The translations under genes and the position numbers were made by a program. The notes under the pieces are model-generated. The model was not told the DNA's origin, did no database searches, and was given only the letters and a program-made list of their open reading frames with translations. From Nibricoccus sp. (GTDB taxonomy: Bacteria > Verrucomicrobiota > Verrucomicrobiia > Opitutales > Opitutaceae), in the NCBI GenBank assembly GCA_047602425.1, contig JASGHG010000001.1, forward strand, positions 3,808,001 to 3,872,000: a stretch of DNA of 64,000 nt. The letters run 5' to 3'. Every line of letters starts with the position of its first letter. Within the stretch, counting starts at the first letter, position 1. Positions 51,259 through 59,119 of this stretch are shown here, piece after piece.

Positions 51259-52590
51259 ATGAACAAACCAGCCGTCATTAACATCGGAATCTGCGGTCTC
51301 GGCACAGTTGGGCAGGGCGTTTGGAAGCACATCGAGCGCTCGTTGCCTGAGCTGAAAGCGCGTTTTGGCGTGAAGCTCGAACTCTACCGCGCCGCCGTCA
51401 AAGATCCGAAAAAGCCGCGCTCGGTCGAGATTCCCGCCTCGAAAATCACCGCCGACGCGCTTTCTGTCGCGACTGACCCGAACGTTCACATCGTCTGCGA
51501 ACTGATCGGCGGCACTACGCTGGCCCGCGAGGTTACGCTCGCCGCGCTCAAGGCCGGCAAGATCGTCGTTTCCGCCAACAAGGCCCTGATCTGCGAACAC
51601 GGGGTCGAGATCTTTGCCACCGCCAAAAAGAACGGCGGCCATTTCTTCTTCGAAGCTTCTGTCGCCGGCGGCATTCCGATCATCAAGGCTCTCCGCGAAG
51701 GTCTGATCGCGAATCGCTTCAAGCTCATTTATGGCATCCTGAATGGCACCTGCAATTACATCCTCACCCGCATGGTGCAGGAGGGCGCGCCTTACGCCAC
51801 CATTCTTGCCGATGCCAAACGTCTCGGTTATGCCGAGGCCGACGAAGCGCTCGACGTGCAGGGTTGGGACGCTGCGCACAAGGCCTCGATTCTCGCCTAC
51901 CTTGCGCACGGCGTTTGGGTGAAATCGGACCAGATGATCGTCGATGGCATCGCGCGTCTCACACAGACCGATTTGAAAATGGCCGCGCAACTCGGCTATG
52001 CGATCAAGCTCCTCGCGGTCATCACCCGCGATTTCGAAACCAACGAAATTTCCGTCCGTGTTCACCCGACATTGCTCCCTAAGAGCGCAGTTCTGGCCAA
52101 TGTGAACAGCGTCTTCAATGCGATCTCCGTTACAGGCGACGTGGTAGGAACGACCACCTACATCGGTCGCGGTGCCGGACAAGACGCCACCGCCAGTGCG
52201 GTCATCAGCGACATTGCCGATGCGGTTACCTTGCTCACGGCTGGCAAAGCCGTCATGGCCTGTGCGCCTTCCGAACTTCATGCCAGAGGCAACACCGAGG
52301 CGCCCAAGCTTGCGCCGCTCGGCCACATTCGTGGCTGCTACTATCTGCGACTGACGGTCAAAGACGAAGCCGGTGTGCTCGCACAAATCGCGACCATCAC
52401 CGCCCAGAGCAACGTCAGTATTGCCACCGTCATCCAAATGGCAGCCGAGCGCCCCGATGCCGCCTCGCTGATTCTGACGACCCATTTTAGCGACGAACGC
52501 GCGATCCGTCACACCCTCGGCGACATCGCCAAACTCGATTGCGTCCTCGAACCACCCTTGCTCCTGCGCATCGGCGATTTTCAGGAATAA
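51259..52590 (+). CDS. hom: Homoserine dehydrogenase
   Basis: GLGTVGQG, VSANKA, FEASVAGGIPII, GILNGTCNYIL, GYAEAD, GRGAG..ATASAV; C-terminal ACT domain. Confidence 0.95.
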   Translation: MNKPAVINIGICGLGTVGQGVWKHIERSLPELKARFGVKLELYRAAVKDPKKPRSVEIPASKITADALSVATDPNVHIVCELIGGTTLAREVTLAALKAGKIVVSANKALICEHGVEIFATAKKNGGHFFFEASVAGGIPIIKALREGLIANRFKLIYGILNGTCNYILTRMVQEGAPYATILADAKRLGYAEADEALDVQGWDAAHKASILAYLAHGVWVKSDQMIVDGIARLTQTDLKMAAQLGYAIKLLAVITRDFETNEISVRVHPTLLPKSAVLANVNSVFNAISVTGDVVGTTTYIGRGAGQDATASAVISDIADAVTLLTAGKAVMACAPSELHARGNTEAPKLAPLGHIRGCYYLRLTVKDEAGVLAQIATITAQSNVSIATVIQMAAERPDAASLILTTHFSDERAIRHTLGDIAKLDCVLEPPLLLRIGDFQE

Positions 52591-52617
52591 GCTTTTAAGG
52601 GTAGGGACGCCTCTCCG

Positions 52618-53931
52618 TGTTTTGTACCGGGTTGTGGGTAACACATGTACCGCTAGTGAGGTAACACTTTTCAACTCATGGAAGAAGGGCCATGGCCCTT
52701 CTTCCATGAGTTGGGACAACAAAAATACAATCGCGCGACGGCACGAGTTTGTGACGTTCGCGCTTGCGGGCTCGATCAGTATGGTGGCCTTGTGTGAGCG
52801 TTTTGGCGTCAGTCGCAAAACCGGTTACAAGTGGTTGAGGCGTTTCCATGCACAAGGGCCCGCTGGCCTGGAAGACCGGCAGCGTGCACGCGTACGTCGC
52901 AGCAACCAGACCTCATGTTCGGTGGAGACGCGTGTGGTGAAGCTGCGCACGAAGCATCCTACCTGGGGAGCGCGCAAACTACATCGCAGGCTCTGCGATC
53001 TGGGCCACACTTGCATGCCGGCGGTGAGTACCTTCGCACGCATTCTTCGCCGGCGTGGGTGCATTCACCCGCGCCACAGTGCCGCACACCAGCCGATGCA
53101 GTGTTTTGCCAGAGCCGAGCCCAATCAACTCTGGCAAATGGACTTCAAGGGCCACTTTGCCATGCAGCGCGGTGGCCGCTGCCATCCGCTCACGGTGCTC
53201 GACGACCACTCCCGCTTTTCCGTTGGGCTTGAAGCGTGTGCCAACGAGCAGACGGTGTGCGTGCGTGAGCGCTTGGAGCGCATCTTCACCTGCTACGGCC
53301 TGCCCGAACAGATCCTTTGCGACAACGGCCCTCCTTGGGGCGGAACAGGGCCGGAGTTCACCCAGCTCAGCGTCTGGTTGCTGCGCCTGGGCGTGGAGGT
53401 CATCCACGGCAGGCCGTTTCATCCTCAGACCCAGGGCAAAGACGAACGTTTCCACCGCACCCTCAAGGCCGATCTTCTGGACCGCCTCGACTGGCGCGAC
53501 CTCGCCCAGGCACAGCGACGCTTCGATGCGTACCGCCATCTCTACAATTATGACCGTCCACATGAAGCGCTTGATCTGGCCGTGCCAGCCTCCCGCTATC
53601 GCCCCAGTTCCCGCCGAATGCCAGCCAGGCTTCCCATCGCGCAGTATGAAGCCTCGGAGCTGGTCCACCTGGTGAAATCCAAGGGCGAGATCACCTTCCA
53701 AAACCGTTTCTTCTTCATCGGCCAGGCTTTCATCGGACTGCCTGTGGCGCTGCGACCCTGCGCAGCCCACGGCGTTTATCGGGTCTGCTACGCCGCATTT
53801 ACTCTCGGCCTTATCGATCTATCAAAACCAACCAATCTTCCCAAAGGCTGCTACCATCCCCTGCTTCGGCCTACTCATACACTGTAACCCCATTAGCGGT
53901 TCATCTGTTACCCTTGACCCGAATCTATACA
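52618..53931 (+). mobile_element. Complete IS481-family insertion sequence
   Basis: TGT...ACA ends with ~50-bp imperfect IR (tgttttgtaccgggttgtgggtaaca vs tgtatagattcgggtcaagggtaaca); 5-bp direct repeat CTCCG at 52613-52617 and 53932-53936. Confidence 0.92.
52706..53887 (+). CDS. IS481-family DDE transposase
   Basis: LCERFGVSRKTGYKW, WGARKL, LWQMDFKG, DDHSRF, DNGPPW, PQTQGKDERFHRTLK, YNYDRPHEAL. Confidence 0.95.
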   Translation: MSWDNKNTIARRHEFVTFALAGSISMVALCERFGVSRKTGYKWLRRFHAQGPAGLEDRQRARVRRSNQTSCSVETRVVKLRTKHPTWGARKLHRRLCDLGHTCMPAVSTFARILRRRGCIHPRHSAAHQPMQCFARAEPNQLWQMDFKGHFAMQRGGRCHPLTVLDDHSRFSVGLEACANEQTVCVRERLERIFTCYGLPEQILCDNGPPWGGTGPEFTQLSVWLLRLGVEVIHGRPFHPQTQGKDERFHRTLKADLLDRLDWRDLAQAQRRFDAYRHLYNYDRPHEALDLAVPASRYRPSSRRMPARLPIAQYEASELVHLVKSKGEITFQNRFFFIGQAFIGLPVALRPCAAHGVYRVCYAAFTLGLIDLSKPTNLPKGCYHPLLRPTHTL

Positions 53932-54050
53932 CTCCGTGGCGTCCGTGTAGCTACGTCAAGCGCAGGCGACGCGGCGGACGGCTCGGAGAGCCGTCCCTAC
54001 CACCGCAATCCGCGTTTCCGCGAATAAATCCGGATAATCGTCGATAATTT

Positions 54051-54073
54051 TGTGCGGCTTTGGTGGTGAGCGG
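54051..54073 (+). promoter_or_regulatory. Putative ECF-dependent promoter TGTGCGG-N12-GCGG (copy 1)
   Basis: Same motif and spacing upstream of all three ECF genes; 28 nt before ATG 54102. Confidence 0.6.
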
Positions 54074-54101
54074 CTGCTAAAGGTCAAGCGACACAACAGC
54101 T

Positions 54102-55448
54102 ATGACCCACGACGCTGCTCTTCTTCGTCAGTATTTGGATGGTTCGGAAACCGCTTTTGCCGAACTGGTGCGGCTGCACATTGGAGCCGTTCACGGCACC
54201 GCGCTGCGCATGGTGGGTGGCGATGCGCATTTGGCGAACGATGTGACACAGAAAGTTTTCACCGGTCTCGCGCGCAAGGCCGCGAAACTCGTCGACCGTC
54301 CTGTGCTGCTCAGTTGGCTTTATCTCAGCACGCACTACGAAGCCGCGGCCACGGTGAGAGCCGAGCGGCGGAGGCGAACTCGTGAACAGAAGGCGCACGC
54401 CATGCAAGAAATCGAAACTCAAGGGAGCCCGGAACCCGATTGGACCGCACTTCGGCCGGTGATCGATGCGGCTCTGCTGGACTTGAAGGAGAGCGATCGT
54501 GACGCGCTGTTGTTGCGCTTTTTTCATTCACAAACTTTCGCGCAAGTGGGCGAGACGCTCGGACTGAGCGAGAATGCCGCTCGGATGCGCGTTGACCGGG
54601 CCGTCGACAAATTGCGCGATGTGCTGACGCACCGTGGCATTAAATCGACCGCCGCTGCGCTCGGCACCGTGATTGCGACGCAATTGGCCACCGCCGCACC
54701 CGGAGCGCTTGCGGCGACGGTCACGACTGCGGCATTGGCGGGCGCTGCGTCAACTGGTGCCGCCGCTGTGATTTTTATGGGCATGACAAAACTACAATGG
54801 GGCATCGCTGCGGCATTGGCGGTGACGGGAGGATCGGTTATGTGGTCCGAACACCAAACCGCTCAACAATTGCAGGCGGAAAATACCGCCTTGATTCAGC
54901 AGACGGCGGAAGTTTCGCGCTTAAAGACAGAAAATTCCAAATTGGAAGCGAACGCGCGCGCGGCGGAATTGTTGCGCCAACAGGCCAGCGCGTCCGAGGC
55001 GTTGCGAGCCGAGGAGGCGCGCCTGCGCAAAGAAATTCAGCGAATCATGACGGCGCGCAATGCCCAGTTGCTGGCGGGACGTCCGGCTCTGGCGGCTACA
55101 CCAGCACGTGCGCCAACTGCCGCCACGACGGTTGATGGCCTGCGGATTTACCGTTTGAGCGAACTGGACGTGAGACCTACGCCATCCGAGCAACGTGATC
55201 CCGAATTCCCGGGAGGACTCAAGATGGAGGGTTCGGCGGTGATCAGCTGCATTATTCGGCCCGACGGTTCGACCAGCGAATTGAAGGTGGAGCAGGCCAG
55301 CAGCGAGGCTTTTGCCGAGGCGACCAGAAAGGCGCTCGAAAAATGGAAATTCAAACCGGCAATGAAATCGGGTGAGGCGGTTTCTTCGCGCGTGACGGTG
55401 CCCTTTCAAATCGGCCTCAACCAACGAACGGTCCAGGAGTGGCTCTGA
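54102..55448 (+). CDS. ECF sigma factor fused to TM helix, coiled coil and TonB C-terminal domain
   Basis: Sigma2 (AFAELVRLH...DVTQKVF..L...WLY); sigma4 (DRDALLLRFF...VGETLGLSENAARMRVDRA); hydrophobic segment; TonB_C (IRPDGS...ALEKWKFKPAMKSGEAV). Confidence 0.9.
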   Translation: MTHDAALLRQYLDGSETAFAELVRLHIGAVHGTALRMVGGDAHLANDVTQKVFTGLARKAAKLVDRPVLLSWLYLSTHYEAAATVRAERRRRTREQKAHAMQEIETQGSPEPDWTALRPVIDAALLDLKESDRDALLLRFFHSQTFAQVGETLGLSENAARMRVDRAVDKLRDVLTHRGIKSTAAALGTVIATQLATAAPGALAATVTTAALAGAASTGAAAVIFMGMTKLQWGIAAALAVTGGSVMWSEHQTAQQLQAENTALIQQTAEVSRLKTENSKLEANARAAELLRQQASASEALRAEEARLRKEIQRIMTARNAQLLAGRPALAATPARAPTAATTVDGLRIYRLSELDVRPTPSEQRDPEFPGGLKMEGSAVISCIIRPDGSTSELKVEQASSEAFAEATRKALEKWKFKPAMKSGEAVSSRVTVPFQIGLNQRTVQEWL

Positions 55449-56197
55449 TGATGAAAAACACGAGAGGCATTTTCATTCTTTTGGTTCTGGCGGGTGTCTT
55501 AGGGGCATTCGTCTGGTTGAAAGTCGACACAGTCGCACGTCTGCGCGGGGAGCGAGCGCAACTCCGCGCAGACGTTGCCGACTTTACACGCCTGGCCGAG
55601 TTGAACGCTCGCTACAAAACCGCTCCGGCGATCGATTCAGCAAAACTGCAACGCGACGCGAATTCGGTGCCGGTGTTAAATGTGCGGATTGAGCAAATGA
55701 AGGAAACGCTGGCCCGCCTTTCCGCGCTGCCACCGCCGATACCGGAAACGGCTCCGGACTACACCGCGCTTTGGAAAAACGCTGGCCTCTCGACGCCGAC
55801 GAACACGTTGCACTCGATCATCTGGGCTTCGCTCAATGGCGATGTGGATGCGTTAGGCTCGATGCTGTTTTTCGATCAGGAAAGCCGCGAGGCTGTGGAG
55901 ACATTGTGGGCTGGTTTGTCCGAGGCGCAGCGGGCGCAGTACCCTACAGGACAAAAGCTCATGGCGACGCTGATTGCCGGACGTTTGACGCCCGCGCTTT
56001 ATCAGGCCGAATGGAGAGAGGAGACGCGAGAGCAGCCTGATGTGATAAAGGCGCGCTTCTTCCTGCACCGGGCCAATCCCAAGGGGATCGACCTCAAAGC
56101 GGTCTTGTTGAGTTTTCAACGACAAGGAGCGGACTGGCGGCTCATGGTGCCCAAATCCGTCGTCGCGGAGTTTCAGCAGACGTTACAATCGAAGTGA
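55448..56197 (+). CDS. Membrane-anchored hypothetical protein, partner of ECF-TonB 1
   Basis: TGATG overlap with the upstream stop; N-terminal TM, coiled coil, WKNAGLSTPTNTLHSIIWA...FQRQGADWR; paralog of 57739-58479. Confidence 0.8.
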   Translation: MMKNTRGIFILLVLAGVLGAFVWLKVDTVARLRGERAQLRADVADFTRLAELNARYKTAPAIDSAKLQRDANSVPVLNVRIEQMKETLARLSALPPPIPETAPDYTALWKNAGLSTPTNTLHSIIWASLNGDVDALGSMLFFDQESREAVETLWAGLSEAQRAQYPTGQKLMATLIAGRLTPALYQAEWREETREQPDVIKARFFLHRANPKGIDLKAVLLSFQRQGADWRLMVPKSVVAEFQQTLQSK

Positions 56198-56381
56198 ACG
56201 ATTGATTCCGGTTTTTGGCGGGGGGCATGAGCGATTTTCACGAGATTGGTCGTTGGGACGCCTAGATACGTCACACGCAAGCTGCACTGACGGACAACTC
56301 GGAAAGCCGTCCTTACAAACGGGCGTCCTTACCACGGGCAACCTGTGTTCCAGCGATCAAGTTCGGATGATCTGAAAATTC

Positions 56382-56404
56382 TGTGCGGCTTTGTTGGTTG
56401 GCGG
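56382..56404 (+). promoter_or_regulatory. Putative ECF-dependent promoter TGTGCGG-N12-GCGG (copy 2)
   Basis: tgtgcgg-ctttgttggttg-gcgg, 18 nt before ATG 56423. Confidence 0.6.
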
Positions 56405-56422
56405 GTGCTTATATCCAAAGCC

Positions 56423-57736
56423 ATGACAGACGATGCCGCACTTCTTCGCCGTTATCTCGATGGATCGGAGGCCGCGTTTGCGGAACTCGTGCAATGTCAC
56501 ATCGGCGCTGTTTATGGCACGGCTTTGCGCTTGGTCGCGGGCGACGCGCATCTGGCGGATGACGTGACGCAAAAGGTGTTCACCGGGCTGGCCCGCAAGG
56601 CTTCCTCCTTGGCCGACCGGCCCGTCCTGATCGGCTGGTTGTATTTAAGCACTCAATACGAAGCGGCGAAAGCGATCCGCTCCGAGCAGCGCTGGCGCAA
56701 CCGCGAACAAAAGGCTCATGTCATGAATGAAATCGAAAACCAGGGAGCCGTCGAGCCGGATTGGTCCTCCCTGCGTCCGGTCCTCGATTCGGCCATGCGC
56801 GATCTCAAGGAAGGCGACCGCGACGCGCTCCTCCTTCGTTTTTTTCAATCGCGCACACTCGCGGAAGTCGGCGAAGCCCTCGGCCTGAGCGAAAACGCTG
56901 CGCGCATGCGCGTGGATCGCGCACTCGAAAAACTGCACAGCCTGCTCGTGCGGCGTGGCATCAAATCCACCGCCACCGCTCTCGGCACGGTTTTGGCCGG
57001 TCAAGTGGTCACCGCCGCACCTGCTTCGCTTGCCGCAACGGTCACAACGACCGCACTGGCCGGAGCGGCGACGGCCACCGGCGCCACCATTGTATTTATG
57101 GGTATGACAAAATTCCAAGCTGGCGTCGCCGCCGCGATAGTGGTGGCAGGTGGATCGGCTCTTTGGTCCCAACGCGAAACCGGATCGCAGTTGCAGGCGG
57201 AAAATTCCGCCTTGGTTCAGCGAGCGACTGACATTTCACAGGCGAAAACCGAAAGCGCGCGGCTTGACGCTGAGACGCAGAGGATCGCCTTGCTTCGGCA
57301 GGAGGCGGCGAGACTCGACGCGCTGCGCGCCGAGGAAGCGGAGCTGCTCCAGGCATTGCGAGAGCGTGCGAAGCCCGCGGCGGATGCCAGCGTGCCCCTC
57401 CGGCAGACACCCGATGGTAAGCCGCTTTATACCATCAAGCAGCTCGATCAAATGCCCGTGCCCCGACTGCGCGTGCAGCCGGTTTATCCCCTCGAACTTA
57501 AAAAAATAGGCGTGGGCGGTGACGTGCTGGTTGAGTTCACCATCGCGCCGGATGGAGACGTCAAAGACGTCAACGTCGCGAAAGCCACGCACGAGGCGCT
57601 CGCCGCGGCGGCGCAGGAAGCCATTGTGAAATGGAAGTTTAAGCCCGGGCAAAAGGGTGGTCTACCGGTCAACGCGCGCCTGCAGCAGCCTTTTGTCTTT
57701 TCAATCGAGTACGACGATAACGCCGAGTGGTTTTGA
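56423..57736 (+). CDS. ECF sigma factor fused to TM helix, coiled coil and TonB C-terminal domain (paralog 2)
   Basis: Sigma part nearly collinear with 54102; TonB_C QPVYP...GDVLVEFTIAPDG...AIVKWKFKPGQKGGLPV. Confidence 0.9.
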   Translation: MTDDAALLRRYLDGSEAAFAELVQCHIGAVYGTALRLVAGDAHLADDVTQKVFTGLARKASSLADRPVLIGWLYLSTQYEAAKAIRSEQRWRNREQKAHVMNEIENQGAVEPDWSSLRPVLDSAMRDLKEGDRDALLLRFFQSRTLAEVGEALGLSENAARMRVDRALEKLHSLLVRRGIKSTATALGTVLAGQVVTAAPASLAATVTTTALAGAATATGATIVFMGMTKFQAGVAAAIVVAGGSALWSQRETGSQLQAENSALVQRATDISQAKTESARLDAETQRIALLRQEAARLDALRAEEAELLQALRERAKPAADASVPLRQTPDGKPLYTIKQLDQMPVPRLRVQPVYPLELKKIGVGGDVLVEFTIAPDGDVKDVNVAKATHEALAAAAQEAIVKWKFKPGQKGGLPVNARLQQPFVFSIEYDDNAEWF

Positions 57737-57738
57737 AC

Positions 57739-58479
57739 ATGAAAAATCCCAAGGGAAACATCGTGTTGTTGGTTCTGGCGATGGTTGTCGGTTTTGGCCT
57801 TTGGTGGCAGGCAAAAACAAACCTGCGCCTCCGTGAAGAGCAGTCGCGCCTTAAGGAGCAGTCGGCCGAATCGAACCGGATAAAAGCGCTAAAAATGGAA
57901 TCTAAACCGACGACTGTATCCGCTGAGGAACTTCAAAAACTGAACGAGGCTGCGACCGAAGCGGCGGTGGTGCGTGAGCGAATCGCGGAGCTCAAGAAAA
58001 CGAATTCACAAATGTCGGCGACGGCGGCTGTTCCCCGACCTGTTCAGGAGCGTTGGAAAAATCTCGGACAGGCCTCGCCGCGCGATACGCTTCATTCGGT
58101 GATCTGGGCAGCGACGGGCGGAGAGGTGGATGCTCTGGTTTCGTTGCTCGCTTTTGACGCTGAAAGTCGTGCCGCTGCGGACAACATGTTTGCCTCCATT
58201 CCTCCTGAATCCCAGGCGCTGTTTCCCTCGGCGGATAAATTGGTGGCGACGATCATTGCCGGTCGTTTGCCGACAAATTTAACCGCAGCGGAAATCGTCG
58301 AACAAACCGAAGCCAGTTCAGACGCGATTCTCGCGAAGATTCGTCTCCAACGTTCACACAAGTCCAACGATGCGGTTCGTGAAGTGAACTTTCGTTTTCA
58401 ACGAACGGGAACAGACTGGCGAGTGGTGGTCCCGGCGAGCGTGATTGCGGAATTTACGCGTTCGTTGAAAGGGAAATGA
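57739..58479 (+). CDS. Membrane-anchored hypothetical protein, partner of ECF-TonB 2
   Basis: Starts 2 nt after the upstream stop; TM, coiled coil, WKNLGQASPRDTLHSVIWA...FQRTGTDWR. Confidence 0.8.
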   Translation: MKNPKGNIVLLVLAMVVGFGLWWQAKTNLRLREEQSRLKEQSAESNRIKALKMESKPTTVSAEELQKLNEAATEAAVVRERIAELKKTNSQMSATAAVPRPVQERWKNLGQASPRDTLHSVIWAATGGEVDALVSLLAFDAESRAAADNMFASIPPESQALFPSADKLVATIIAGRLPTNLTAAEIVEQTEASSDAILAKIRLQRSHKSNDAVREVNFRFQRTGTDWRVVVPASVIAEFTRSLKGK

Positions 58480-58571
58480 GCTAAACGGCCTGTTTTTGCG
58501 GCGTGGAAAGAGTTTCTCGGTCACGCAGGAGGTTTTGGGTATAATATAACCTAAGTTGCTATGTTATTGTT

Positions 58572-59117
58572 AATTGCTTCGCTGTTTGAGCTCATTGCTT
58601 GGCTGTCAGCGGCGATTGTTTCGTTGTCAGTCTCAATTGCTAGACTGTTTGTCTCAATTGCTAGGCCGTTGATGGCCGTTGCGACGCCGTTCGTGGGCGT
58701 TGCTGAAGTGTCAGCGTCTGTTGCGCGAGTGTTCGTGCCCGTTGTTTGGCCGTCTGGATGCGTTGCTTGAGCGTCAGTGGCGATTGCGAACGTGTTCGTG
58801 TCAATTGTCAGACTGTCAGCGCGTGTTGTTTGGATGTCTGAGTGAGTTGCGATGCTGTCTGCACGGATTGTTTTCGTGTCTGAGTGAGTTGCTTCGGTGT
58901 TTGTGTGAGGTGCGACGATGTTCGTGTGAGGTGCGCGCGTGTCAGCGTGTGTTGTTAAGCTGTTCGGATCAGCTGCGACGGTGTCCGAGTGAGGTGCGAA
59001 GCGGTTTGAACGAGTTGCGACGCGGTTCGTGCGCGTTGCGCGGATGTCCGCGCACCTTGTCGAACGGTTCGGCTTTGTTGCGGAAGCGTCGGAGCGAGAT
59101 GCGCAGCTGCGCGATGA
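58572..59117. repeat. Array of 26 degenerate 21-bp units, consensus approx. nnTTGCnnnnnnGTynGnnnn
   Basis: Units parse at an exact 21-nt period with no indels, from aattgcttcgctgtttgagct to agatgcgcagctgcgcgatga. Confidence 0.8.
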
Positions 59118-59119
59118 TC

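Larger units (their letters stand above)
52601..54000. repeat. GTAG-type REP doublet interrupted by IS481
   Basis: Removing the IS and one target-duplication copy restores gtagggacgcctctccgtggcgtccg. The inverted partner cggacggctcggagagccgtccctac ends at 54000. Confidence 0.8.

Noticed and set aside
58572..59117. CRISPR array
   Set aside because: No invariant repeat alternating with unique spacers, the 21-bp period is too short, and there are no cas genes in the window
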